In this document: one piece after another, positions 13,205-25,801 of the stretch
How positions within the stretch are numbered: the first letter of the stretch is position 1
How the letters are laid out: each line of letters starts with the position of its first letter
The notes under the pieces: generated by a model
The model's database searches: none
What the model was told of the DNA's origin: nothing
What the model saw: only the letters and a program-made list of their open reading frames with translations
Assembly: GCF_006345805.1 (NCBI RefSeq)
Contig: NC_043002.1
Span: forward strand, 55,490,001-55,554,000
DNA: 64,000 bases
Reading direction: 5' to 3'
Source of the DNA: Octopus sinensis
Lineage: Eukaryota
Translations under genes and position numbers: made by a program

Positions 13205-14095
13205 CTTCTGGATAATGAATATCATGAAATCACAAATATTGATGACGAACATGGCTGGATAATGAACATTGTGCGATAGTAAACAGAGTACGATGGTGAG
13301 CTCTGTTAGATGATGTACACTATCTGATAATGAGACTGACTGATAGGTAACACTATTGGATTGTGAACACTGCAGGACAATGAGCATTGTAGCAAAGTAG
13401 ACACTGTTAGATAACGAGCAACGTAGGATGGTTAACATTGTTGTATAATGTACGTTGTTGGATTGTGAGAAATGTTAGATAATGAATGCTTTAGGATTGT
13501 AAATAACGTTAGATAATGGGCATTGGTTTGTGGTGAACACTGATTCATGATGAACGTAGCTTGTTAGGAAACATGATAATGAACACTGGCGGATAATGAA
13601 CGTCGCAGGTTAGTGGACTGAGTTTGTCAGTGAACACAGATATGCAGCGGAGACTCTTGGAGAATGTACGTATTTAAATATTGAATAACATGAATAGACA
13701 TTCTTGGAAAATGATCCCTGTTGGATAGTGGTCTGTCTTGAACATTGAATGCTGTTCGTTAGTAAACAGTGTTGGGTAATAAACACTGTAGAATAGTGAA
13801 CATTGTTGGGTCGTGAACAGCATTAGATGAGGATCTCTATTAGATGTTAGAAAATAAATACTGTTGCTTAATAGAAACTGTTGGATAATGAACAGTATTC
13901 AGTTATATACACTGTAAAATAGTAAGATTCTTAGATTGTGAACGCAGATGAACGGTAAATTCTTGGGGCTATGAACAATGTTGGATAATGAACGCTGTTG
14001 GATAGTAATCATTACTGAATTGTGATTCGTATGAACACAACATAGTGAACACTGCTGGATAATGAACACTACTGGGTCATCAACATTGCTGGGTG
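13205..14095. repeat. Degenerate ~18-22 bp minisatellite (TGAACACTGTTGGATAA-like); paralogue at ~38900-39790
   Basis: Dozens of variants of GATAATGAAC/GTGAACACTG, with no unique spacers. The whole block 12950-14500 is paralogous to 38790-40165. Confidence 0.65.
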
Positions 14096-16110
14096 GCTAA
14101 GCATTTTGTCCAAAGTGCTTCTGATTCTGTCACCTTACCGGCTCCGTGTCTACATTCTGATAATTCTTGGGCATTCATCTAAGAAGAAGTGGGAGAGCTG
14201 AGAGAATCCTTGCTCTAACCAACATTTTACTAAAAGGTAGACGCTCCAGATTATTTATGCTTCAGAATATATCGGTGCACAAATATTAATGACCTCATAG
14301 TAATATACGGTATCTGGATGAAACTACATAGGCATTATAAGCGATTTGTAGGCACGTTATGCATAACGAAATAACACGGGCCTACACAATTCATTAATAT
14401 TTGCATTCCAGCCCCAGAAATGCGTTTAATATGTAAATTGGTATATACAAAAACTTAACACCAGTGTATGCTGGTGGTGATGATGATGGTGATGACGATG
14501 ACGGCGACATCGATGACAAAGCACAACGGGAACAAGAAGGATAAGCATGATGAAAAGGATATTTATGATGGGCTCCAGCGAAATATTTCCGTGCCTGACT
14601 CCAGTACGCATGCATTTGCGTGTCAATCGTATTCTTCCATATATATATATGCAGGAATCCCGCAACTATTGTGGGTTTTACGTTCTAAAACCCTACGCTA
14701 TAGGTGAAAATCTGCGTAGTAGAAACAATACCGTACTGTATACTATTTTTCTACTGATCTTATAATTTGTACATATTTATTTTATATACATGCAAAACAA
14801 ACATCACAGGGGATTCATCGTAAGCTTAATAATAACCCGATAGGCGGACCGCGATATGGCGAGAGAATACATCCACATTTCGAAGCACGAAGAGAAAGGA
14901 CCTGGTCCTCAAAAGCATCAACCTAAGGCTCTCAAGAGATACCTAACAAGGCTGAAAGTCACTCCTGATTTGTTTTCTTTATTTTTTTCTGCAAAAGCTT
15001 GTTGAGATAGCTGATGTGGAATATGATGTGGAATATGAAGGAGAGAAAATTACATCCACGTACAAAAAGGCCCCGTGATAAAATGAAAAAGCAAGCGATT
15101 TTTATGATGTACATGGTGTCTATGTAGGGGTGTGGATATACGGGTGCAGGCGTGGACATGGTCAGGGGATATATAATCACACATACACACACACACACAC
15201 TCAAACACACACTCACACATAGACATAGACATACACACACACATACACACACACACACAAACACAAACTCACACATACATACAATTCTCCTACTAATATG
15301 TGTATAATGAAAAAACGAGTAGCAGAACTAGAAAGAAATCGTTGAGAGTAGAAGTGAAAATGTCAAAATCCCGTTTCACCAAACCTTCAAAAAAAAAAGC
15401 AATAAAAAGAAAAGGTAAGCATGGAAGAGAAACGGAAAGTTTTTCAGTTTAGAGTCGTTTTCAGCTCTTAAGAAATATTTCGAGACCGAGGTAAAAAAAT
15501 AAATATTTTCTCTTTTGTTCATTATTGTTTTTTAAAGCAAAGTTAATTTTGGAGAACTTACTTTTATAAAATGCTCCTCAATTTTTCAAAAATATATTGG
15601 ATTGTCTTTTAAGTGAAGAATAATGTGTGTGTGTGTTCTCTCTTTCACCCAAGGAGATTCCGTTTAACCAATGTAGTATTTCTAAAGACTAGGCCAGATT
15701 ATGTAACATATGAGATTTCTTGTTTCACAATTAATATCCGACTTTATCTCTCGGATATTTCTAAGAGGTTGTAACTTGGCCTAATTCATATTCTGCAACA
15801 GCTATCTCTACAGGTTTTTACGGAAAATTCGGATAGGTGATGGATAAGTGAGTTTATCCTTTCTAAATATTTCTTGAGGATTTTTGGTTGACGCATGGTG
15901 TTGATGGTTGAACTTTTGAAGACCAAGTCCTTTACGTTTGTGCTTCAAAGAAAGGATTGAGAGAGTCTCATTGGTGAATGTCTATATATTTGCCATTCTT
16001 GAGTCATAACTGATGAGTTGTACCTGCAATTCAGAAGAGGTCAGCCTTATCACATTCTTTAAATTACTGAATCTCCTTCACAGTTACGTTTAATTTACAC
16101 GTGTCTGTGA

Positions 16111-16324
16111 CGGATTCGGTCAGCGGAGCAGAAACGTCAGATGCGTAAAGCTAGAGCCGCCTGCACCAGTAGCACGGCCCCTACCCACTTCTGCCCCACC
16201 TGTGGGAGGGGCTTCCTTGCCCGGATTGGCCTCACCAGCCACCTCAGGTCTCATGGCGTCAGTTCCATCAGATGATGTCAGTTGGTCATCTTCGAACCGA
16301 AGGACGAACATTATTATTATTATT
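16111..16324 (+). mobile_element. 5'-truncated RTE-clade LINE (3' end)
   Basis: Encodes AEQKRQMRKARAACTSSTAPTHFCPTCGRGFLARIGLTSHLRSHGVSSIR* (RTE/BovB-type C-terminal CxxC...HxxxH), then a short 3'UTR and (ATT)n tail. Absent from the paralogous site at ~27360-27410, where ~20 bp of host sequence is present instead. Confidence 0.85.
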
Positions 16325-16811
16325 AATTCCATAAACAGTCTGTTAGGTTGATTCTCGTCGTCATAACTATCATCTAGTCGTAGGTTTCTGTTCTTGCCAT
16401 ATTCTTATATTGATGCTGTTTCTTCTGTTTCTTTCTCCCCTTCTTCCTCCTCCTAAGCACCTTTCTCCATTTGTGACTGACGGTATTGTTAGTTGTAAAT
16501 TATTTTCAATAGATTATGTATTCGTTTTTTGGGATGTTAGACCCTTGATTTCTGAATGTATGTGAGTTGTGAGTGAGGGAGTTATACGATGTTTGAGTGA
16601 TTAGTTTCTTTATGGTAGTGGTAGTGGTGGTGGTGGTGGTGGTGGTGAAGATGATGGTGTTGGTGTGGTGGTGGTGGTGGTGATGGTGGTGGTGGAGGTG
16701 ATGGTGGTGGTGGTGGTGGTGGTGGTGGTGGTGGTAGTGATGGTGGTGGTGGAGGTGATGGTGGTGGTGGTGGTGGTGGTGGTGGGTGGTAGTGATGGTG
16801 GTGGTGGAGGT

Positions 16812-16842
<31 letters not shown>

Positions 16843-17114
16843 CTGCTGCTGCTGCTTATGCTGCTGCTGCTGTTGTTGGTGGTGGTGGTCGTCGTGGGGG
16901 TGAAGATGATGATGGAGATGATACACATGATGATGATAATGATAATGACGACGAAGACGTTGGCGACGGCGATAGTAACAACGATTTGTAACATGAAACT
17001 GTAACTCACTATTTCCCGCTCGGTTATTTCCCGATAAGCGAAAGTAACCTACTAGCAATTGGACTGTGACCTATATACTGTGATAAAAATAGTTCATTCA
17101 TAAAAGCTTTCCTC

Positions 17115-17312
17115 TTCCCGTAAACCTAAATCTGTCACACTGAAAGTAAAATATTAGCACAAGCTTCAACTTCCGCCAGAAATGAAAACGAGCAATTTTC
17201 GTAAACTAAATTTATATAATAGATAAAGGAAGATGATATCTTCCAGCTTCATGAAGGCCATCACATAGAATGGGATTTTTCAAACCTATCACTGCTAAAA
17301 CCACTATATAAG
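17115..17312 (+). promoter_or_regulatory. Promoter of a seventh cytokine copy, truncated by assembly gap
   Basis: TTCCCGTAA 17115-17123, kB variant GGGATTTTTC 17272-17281, TATATAAG 17305-17312. Ns start 3 nt later. Confidence 0.6.
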
Positions 17313-17315
17313 CCG

Positions 17316-17415
17316 NNNNNNNNNNNNNNNNNNNNNNNNNNNNNNNNNNNNNNNNNNNNNNNNNNNNNNNNNNNNNNNNNNNNNNNNNNNNNNNNNNNNN
17401 NNNNNNNNNNNNNNN
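17316..17415. other. Assembly gap (100 N)
   Basis: Run of N. Confidence 0.99.
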
Positions 17416-17601
17416 CGCCGTGGTCCAGTTTGTCTTTCATCCTTTCGAGGTCGATAGATGAAGTAGAACCTGCGTGCACTGATCGATCTAATCGACAAGC
17501 TCCCTCACCCAAAAGTCCGATCCTTGTGCCTGGAGTAGAAAAGAACATATATTATATTCTAATGCATTAGTCCTGTAAAACTTTCATGTATACACACACA
17601 C

Positions 17602-17648
<47 letters not shown>

Positions 17649-18889
17649 TACGCCAAAATCATTTCTATTATTTATTATATAATTGAGAATATATATTTTT
17701 GTATGGAAACAATAAAGTGTTAATATTTTATTTTATATTCAGTTGTTTGTGTTTTTGATTTTGTTCTATGGATGGATTAAAACGTCCTTACAAACATCCA
17801 TATTATATCACTATTTGTTCCGTTATTTCTTGACGTGAAAAGATTTGATATATTTTATAAATGAGTCATAAATATTGCTTCCTCACCTTTTACTTGGCAG
17901 CCGGCCTCAGCTGACGGATTATCCAGTAACGCGGTAAAAACATGCAGAAAATTAGAATATTAACCTTGTCTCTTGGAATGCGCGCGCTCTCCATGAAAAC
18001 TACTCAGTAATAGAAAGAGAAAGAGAACTGATTGCCCTTCCAGTAAATGTGTACAACATTGACAATGCCGCATTCAGTGATTCACCACAGTTAGAAGAAT
18101 GGAAAAATGGACACGCATGTTTCTGTTCTGAAGAAATGAGAACGAGACACGCCACTCTGGCGTTTGTTTCACCATCGTGACAGAAATAGCCAAACCACTT
18201 CTATCTATACCCAAAGGTATTTCTGATCGCATAATGACTATAATGTCACGGTTTCATTACAACACTTGCGCTATGCTTGTTAGGTGCTACGCTCCAAACA
18301 TGGTCACCTCTGAGCAGGAAAAGGACGACATTTCCAACTAACTCTGTGACGTCCAGAAGGAAGCATTTTCCTATGGTATATATGAGATTTTCCTAAAAGA
18401 TTACTCAACAGAGGTGTAGCCATATAACTGAGATCAATGTTAAAAATATCAATTGTGATATTTTGCTAAGCTTCCTTAGGGATTCACGAGTCCCGGAACA
18501 TTTCGTCCTGCTGCATTTTCTCTAGTGAGGGCAGTATGACATAATCACGTCATAAAATTGGAAGGACGAAAAAGAGAAGAAAGGTTTTTCTAGGTTTGCA
18601 ACATCTACGTATTTTCCTCTCAGTTGCTTTAATCGTTCTCTTCAAAAGAGGAAATGATTCTATCTGGCACAGGTTGGATGAATGTATTCATAGCTTCCAA
18701 CTTTTGTTCAAGGCCAGCAATTTCGCTGGAGGGGTAAGTGAATTTATTCGAACCCATTATATTACTGGTGCTTGTTCTATCAACACGGAAAGAATAAATG
18801 TCCTATTGGGGAGATACATTGTAATATAATGTATATAAAATATACATTAAAGATAAAGAAATGACTGTAACATGAAATATAAATAGAAA

Positions 18890-20460
18890 TCTCTCTATAT
18901 ATAAAACTGAGAATGTGTGTTTGTCTGTCTGTCTGTGTGTGTCCCTAAAATTTCATTCAAAATTTACACTTGCCTTACCATGTAGTTTCATGGGCAAAAA
19001 AATGTTCAACTTCTTGCCTAGGGCGAGTCCATAGCAATATCATATCTTCTCCACTATTTCAGCATTACGTGTTAAAAATGAAACAAAAACATTTCTCTAC
19101 TTTATGTCAGATACATTCACTTTAACAATAAAAATTAGAGATAATAATAACAATTGAATGATATGTAGTAAGTAATAATTAAAATCAAACTAAAGTATAA
19201 TATAATAATTAAATCCTAACATAACAATTAAAAGTAAAAATATCAATTGGTATAAAATTGCATCAATGACTTGAACAAGAATAAGTGGTTTTACATGAAT
19301 GGAAATAAATTAAAAATAAAATTAGTGTGCAGAAATGGAATAATCCAGATGGAGCTGTGCACATACGCTTTACCACGGCTTTTACATTAAATTAATTGCT
19401 AATTACCTTGCATTAAGTATCTATATGAAGTTTGGCTGTATGTAATGTCTGTTTTCTCGAACAGCCACTTCTACTGAGTACTGCTGTTGGTTTATTTCTT
19501 ATACATAAAGGACTATAGCTTCAACTGTGTACTGCTTTTCGATTCACCGTAAGGTTTGTTGTTATTATTATTACTGTTTAACTATTGTTATCACGGTTGT
19601 TGGTTCCTCGTAAGAGGAACGTTGTTATGTTGCATTTGTTAAATAATTGTAAACCGTAACTCTCTCCCTTTGGGAGAAGGAGCTTTGGTTATTGTTTAAA
19701 AATTGAATTGTGTCACTGTTTGGGGAAACTGACAATATTTTCACCGTTTATACGGAAGCATTTTTGTTAAAATGCCTTCGATAGAAGAAGGACCAAAAAT
19801 GAATTTCGCTGCAGCCGTCGGCGGGCGCGAGCTCATTAAAATTAAAATGGAAGAAATACAAACCTATTTCGGATTGATCACCGACAAAGACGGTGAATCT
19901 AGGATAACACAACCAAACGAAATAAGAAATTAAATTAAAGAAAAGACTATTGTCTATAATGTATAGATTTGAACACCTGGAGGAAAGCACCATCGAAAAG
20001 TGTCTTGGTGCGACTATGAAAGATATCAAGTATCTAGCCAGAGGCCGTAAATTCGCCACAATAGAAGCAAGGTTCAAGTCAACGGAGAGTGCAAGGGAGT
20101 ATTCGACTCGAACCTTGCAAAGTGGAAATATTTTATTTTTACCTTCATATCTTGGACGTAGGACGTCCAGAATAAAAATTTAAAATGTTCCCCCAGAAGT
20201 AGAAGTAGGCTGGATTGTAACCACACAAGAGGGAGGACAAGATACAATTGATCGCAATTGCAAGAGACGAGCCTACAATTCCAGTCTGTTATATACTTTG
20301 AGTATTGTTATCACTAGCGATATCAAGATATAAATTTGTATTTTGTATTTTATATGTAGATGTATATATATATAGATATACATGAAATATGTACACATAT
20401 ATATACACATATATACATCCACTAACACTATGACCCGGCAACGCCGGGTCATAATGCTAG
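18890..20460 (+). mobile_element. Non-autonomous Helitron (1571 bp)
   Basis: A|TC 5' end (TCTCTCTATATATAAAA...GTCTGTCTGTC); 3' hairpin TATGACCCGG-CAACG-CCGGGTCATA (20429-20453), then CTAG|T; no TSD. The empty site AAAAAGAAA|TTATTTAT is visible at 44762/44763. Confidence 0.88.
19772..20230 (+). pseudogene. Disrupted non-LTR retrotransposon ORF1-like 5' fragment (Tx1/L1-like) inside the Helitron
   Basis: MPSIEEGPKMNFAAAVGG...(stop, frameshift)...YRFEHLEESTIEKCL...ILFLPSYLGRRTSRIKI*NVPPEVEVGWI. The xAAAV N-terminus and RIxIxNVPP RRM-like motif are recalled from Tx1/L1 ORF1 proteins. Confidence 0.45.
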
Positions 20461-20881
20461 TTATTTATAAAATAAATCACATCTTTTCATGTCAAGAAAT
20501 AACGGAACAAATAGTGAATATAATATGGATGTTTGTAATGAAGATGTAATCCACCCATAGATCAAAATCAAAACCACAAACAATTGAATATAAAATAAAA
20601 TATTAAGACTTTAATGTTTCCATACAAAAATATAAATTTTCAATTATATAATAAATAATAGAAATGATATTGGCGTATATGAGTGGGTGTGTATGTGTGT
20701 GTGTGTGTATGTGTGTGTGTGTGAGTGTGCGTGTTTAGTAGGCAGAGAAGTCTTATTAGTATAATGCATAGGAATATAATGTATATATTATAATAAAGAT
20801 TAAAAAATAGGAAATGGAATCGAAAAAGGAATAATTTATGCAATGAATTAAATAACGTAGGTATAGGCATGTATATATGAA

Positions 20882-21020
<139 letters not shown>

Positions 21021-21033
21021 TTATATATATATA

Positions 21034-22047
21034 CAGTTGCGGCCCAAATTTTCAGAACGGCATTGTTTTTGTCAGAAAAGTAAATATAAGTTTTTATTAA
21101 ACTTGTTATATATTCTATAATTTTCACAAACAATAAATACGATATTAATTGGTATTGTCTGAGATTTTGGTATAATTTGAGTGGATAATACAAAAGTTAT
21201 GGATGATATAGTGATTTACTGCAAAACCCATGGTGGCCAAAATGATCAGAACGGTTGAAAAAATAACAAAATAATCAAAAAGTGACAGAGAATGCTGGAA
21301 TTATTTCATATTTCGTGTGAAGCCCTTTAGCTTCAATCAAAGTTTGACATTTTTGACTGCATGGGGAAATTAAATTTTCAATTTCTTGCTGGGTGATCTT
21401 ATTCCATTCTTCCTGAAGGGCATTCCATAATTGCTCGGTTGTTTTAGGATTTCTGGTTTTCAAACGTTCTCCTAGAATATTCCACACATTTTCAATAGGA
21501 TTGAAGTCTGGGCGTTGAGCAGGCCAATCCATAACAATAACCTTTTTAGCCTTGAGGAATTTCATGACCATCTTAGCCTTGTAACATGGGGCATTGTCCT
21601 GCATGAATATGGGTGGTCGCTTAGTTGAATTTCTCAGCACAGGCAAGACATGATCTTTTACAAGTTGTTTATAACCTTCTGCATTTACCTTTCCATGTAA
21701 TCGCAGCAAAGGGCCAACAACATCTCCAGATATCATCCCCCAAACCATGACGCTTCCTCTACCGAATTTAACACTAGTCTTAAGGCATTTAGGTGACAAT
21801 TTTTCACCTGCTTTTCGACGAACGTACCTTTTCCCACCTGAGCCAAATAACATAGACTTAGATTCATCACTGAAAGGCACCGTTTGCCATTTTTCTTGAG
21901 ACCACAACACATGTTCGGTTGCAAAGGTAAGACGACACTTTTTATTCTTGAAGCTGATCAGTGGCTTCACTGCAGGTGCTCTTGCTTGTAAGTCATGTTC
22001 AACTAAAGGACGAGACACAGTTTTTCGAGATAGAGTTTTCTTCAGTA
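21034..22047 (-). mobile_element. Truncated Tc1 (DD34E) transposon
   Basis: ORF 21275-22159 contains FSDESK, VMVWG, QDNAPC and WPAQRPDFNPIENVW, with 34 residues between D and E. TA|CAGTTGCGGCCC terminus at 21034. The N-terminus and other TIR are lost; the ORF start is microsatellite read-through. Confidence 0.9.
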
Positions 22048-22062
22048 CAGTGTGTGTGTGTG

Positions 22063-22108
<46 letters not shown>

Positions 22109-22308
22109 CATATAAATATAGGTATGTCTATATAAGATATATATAGATTGATACGTCACAGTCCCAATGGTGTAATACCAATAACATTGATGTAACGCGA
22201 TATTAAATAGAAATATTTATTTCATAAAGGAGAAATATATACATTGTTTACGATTATAAACGTGATAAGAAAATATAAGATCAAAACTGATGGAAATATT
22301 GGTATTTA

Positions 22309-22325
22309 ACGATTAATATAATCGT
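22309..22325 (-). promoter_or_regulatory. 3'UTR triloop hairpin (CDE-like), copy 2
   Basis: ACGATTA-TAT-TAATCGT on the transcribed strand. Confidence 0.5.
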
Positions 22326-22532
22326 CGATATGATTATTAAGTGGTGAAGCTAAAACACTTCTACATAATTGAAACGATACACTTGTATCTGATTTTTCTC
22401 TAACTGAGATTGGTTCCAGAAGTATTATAACGGGAATCAATTACATAAAGGATTCTAGAGTATTTTGAATGTGGTTTGAGAATTAATTACATAAAGGATT
22501 GTAGAGTATTTTGAATGTCGTTTGAGAATTAA

Positions 22533-24738
22533 TTACATAAAGGATTCTAGAGTATTTTGAATGTGGTTTATATTTTCATGAAGTGTATGAAGTGTAATTA
22601 TGGTAAACCATCGCTGCTTGGTTATTGGCACATCGTCCGGTAGCAAAAGACTGTCATCCACTTCGACATTTTGTTTGATGTTTGAAAATATCTGAAATAT
22701 ATGAAAAGAACATTTTAAATTAGGGATAAACATTAATAGATATTAATACACAGACACACACGAAGACTCACACACACACATGTAATGAAACCTAATAACA
22801 TGGAGGAATCTAAACATGGTCAATGTAGCTATTTCCCCCTACATTCAATACTATAGAGACATGTATACGCACATATTATATATCACATTTACTAATACTA
22901 ACAATATACACACACATTTTATATATGAATTTACTACTAATAATAAAATAGGCACATATGCACACACAATTATATTACGTATGGCATTTGGATAGACTAA
23001 GTTATATTATTAAATTAGAACGGTTCAAAATTATTCTAATTGTAGTAATTCTTTCAACTAATTAGACGTTCTACGCTGATTGCAATTCTACGCATTGTTG
23101 TCTACATCATATAAATGAGGAAAGTGTGCATAACGTCAGCTGATTATCGTCTGCACGTAGTATTTTACGACAGAAATCTTAGAAACCCTGAAGAGATGTA
23201 ATTTGTAATCTTTTGGTAATCATGAAACACAAGAATACTTTGAAAGAATGCTTCGAAATGAGTATATATTACTCCGAGGGAGTCTAAAGAATAGATCTTT
23301 GACAACAGTTTCTGTATATAAACTGACCATATCTTCCCGGATCAATTCTATGATATATATATTTAATATATTCCGATAAACATGAGGATATTTTGGTGCT
23401 GTTTTATTGACCAGGGAATTTATCTACATTAATTTTACGTGAGGAAATAAAAGAGAAATCGCGTGATTCTTCATCTAGGAAAATATATTACGATAATAAT
23501 ACTTACCGGTGAATCCAGGAAAAATATCGTATCAACCAGGTAAGAAAGTGTTTGTTTTAAGTAACAATAAAATATGGCATCAGATGTGGGAGTGAGTTTA
23601 GAACAGGCAGCGGGATAATAACACTCTGTCTGTATACGTTTGGCAGGGGCACACAGCTGGTCATATTCTTTTTCCGTCTGATTCTTCAACACAGTAACAT
23701 ATTGACTGAGGGTTGCAGACATATTGGATAGAGCAATCTGTAATAAAGAATTGTGAGAAGCTTGAATTTTATTCGACACTGATTGAGATTTCTTATAAAA
23801 TATAGAATCGAGTTTAGATAGAAGTGTATAAATATTTCAAGAAAATATGTTTGATAATATGTCCATACCTTGACTAAATCTGTCTGCGCGATGGTGATAT
23901 TGTCTTGAATGTTGAGCTGAGGGAATGTAAGTTCCGTCTGGTTGAGTAGCATATGAATAAAGTGAGGACAGCTTACTGCAGATGCCAATGGAATGTTGAG
24001 GCACTGAAAAAAAATGCGTGACATATTATGATTCTGAGGTTTGGACAGATAGGATTAGAAAGCAATGGAGTAGAATGAAGTCCGTTTACACTGAATATTG
24101 ATCATTACGAGAAATTTCTTAGTTATGATGTGGGGAGTATGCTAAGTAATATATTATTGGAGTGGTATAAGAAATAGTAATAATAATGATGATGATGATG
24201 ATGATGATCATAACAATATAAAAAATAACAATAATAATAAAAATAATATATGAACAAATACATGTAAACTTACAAAAGAGTGCAAAGTAGTGTTCACTGC
24301 TATTGAGGCCCTGCGAGCCGTATCCAGTTGAGCTTTTATGTGGGTCATTGGTATCGCTGTGGGTTTTATCGATGCTCCCTGGATGAATGAAGTCCAGACT
24401 GAGAGACATAGGACCAATATATATTGCCAGTCTACGGGAAAATGGAAAAAAATACCATTAAGGAACATTTGGAAAGAAAGGGACACATTGAAGAAATTGT
24501 TATTATTAAAAAGAAATAACTCGATAAGTCGCTGTTAGTTTATATACAGGTAACTTAACTGTTCGGTAAAAAGTTACCAACGTGGCTTTAGAAATAAATC
24601 CTCGGGTTGGTAAATTCGACCTAAACAGTTTTCAAGGTTGTGTCGCAGCATGGCCGTAAACTAGCGGACTAAAACAAGTAAAACACAGTAGATATATATA
24701 TATATATATATGTTAGTATGTATGTATGTATGTATATA

Positions 24739-24774
<36 letters not shown>

Positions 24775-24832
24775 TGTATGTATGTATGTATGTATGTATG
24801 TATGTATGCATGTATATCTATATATATGTATG

Positions 24833-24870
<38 letters not shown>

Positions 24871-24887
24871 CGTGTGGGTATGTATAT

Positions 24888-24931
<44 letters not shown>

Positions 24932-25509
24932 TATATGTATATACACATACAGGTGGAAAGATTCGATTCTCGTATGCGTTAACAATTACTTCCTCATGAC
25001 AATATAACCTTTAATCTATTCAAGATATCCTTCGACTGAATATTACCCGGCCGTATACACCTCATTTGGATTTACTACTTTCGAGGTTTCACACGCCATG
25101 AAACACATGTAGCCCGAATTATTCTTTTCCATTCTGTAACTCTTATATTCTTTTCCGCAAACTCGACAAATCTTGTCGCCTACCGTAGAATATAAAAAAG
25201 CTTTTTTCTTCGTATCATTTTTCGATAAAAAAAAGTTAATTAATCCCCAATCTTCCGCCTCAATACACCGAAATTTGTTCCGAAAGTTGTTTATTTCTTA
25301 ATATTTACTACGAATTGCTTGAAATTAACTGTCTTCTTACACCTCGATCTCTGGATCTTACATTTGTGTATGTGTGTGTATTCCTATGAATGCATGTGCT
25401 TATGTATGTATGTATGTATGTATGTATGTATGTATGTATGTATGTATGTATGTATGTATGTATGTATGTATGTATGTATATAATGCCGACCTCATACTTA
25501 GTTATTCAT
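22533..25509 (-). pseudogene. Cytokine copy 2, probable pseudogene (exon-1 donor destroyed)
   Basis: E2 24431-24274, E3 24003-23869, E4 23737-23507 and E5 22691-22533 are intact. Exon 1 reads ATGAATAAC-TAAGTATG: a 2-nt deletion removes the GT donor and creates TAA. The 1-nt deletion at ~23822 lies in intron 3. Confidence 0.68.
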
Positions 25510-25602
25510 TTTGTGTGATTTTTCGTTATGAAAAAAGTTTTGAGAGTTGTAGTTCCTTTGCATGTTACGAATTATTGTGGTTAAGTGACGATGGAATATC
25601 GA

Positions 25603-25801
25603 CTTATATAGTGGTTTTAGCAGTGATAGGTTTGGAAAATCCCATTCTATATGATGGCCTTCATGAAGCTGGAAGATATCCTTTTCTTTATCTATTGTTT
25701 AAATTTAGTTTGCGAAAATTGCTTGATTTCATTTCTGGCGGAAGTTGAAGCTTGTGCAAATATTTTACTTTCAGTGAGACAGAGATTTAGGTTTACGGGA
25801 A
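25603..25801 (-). promoter_or_regulatory. Promoter of copy 2
   Basis: TATATAAG 25610-25603, GGGATTTTCC 25643-25634, TTCCCGTAA 25801-25793 (minus strand). Confidence 0.6.

Noticed and set aside
13205-14095. CRISPR-like array
   Set aside because: Degenerate abutting units with no constant repeat or unique spacers, no cas genes, and a eukaryotic context.
23815-23830. Frameshift inactivating copy 2
   Set aside because: The 1-nt deletion lies inside intron 3. The real lesion is at the exon-1 donor.
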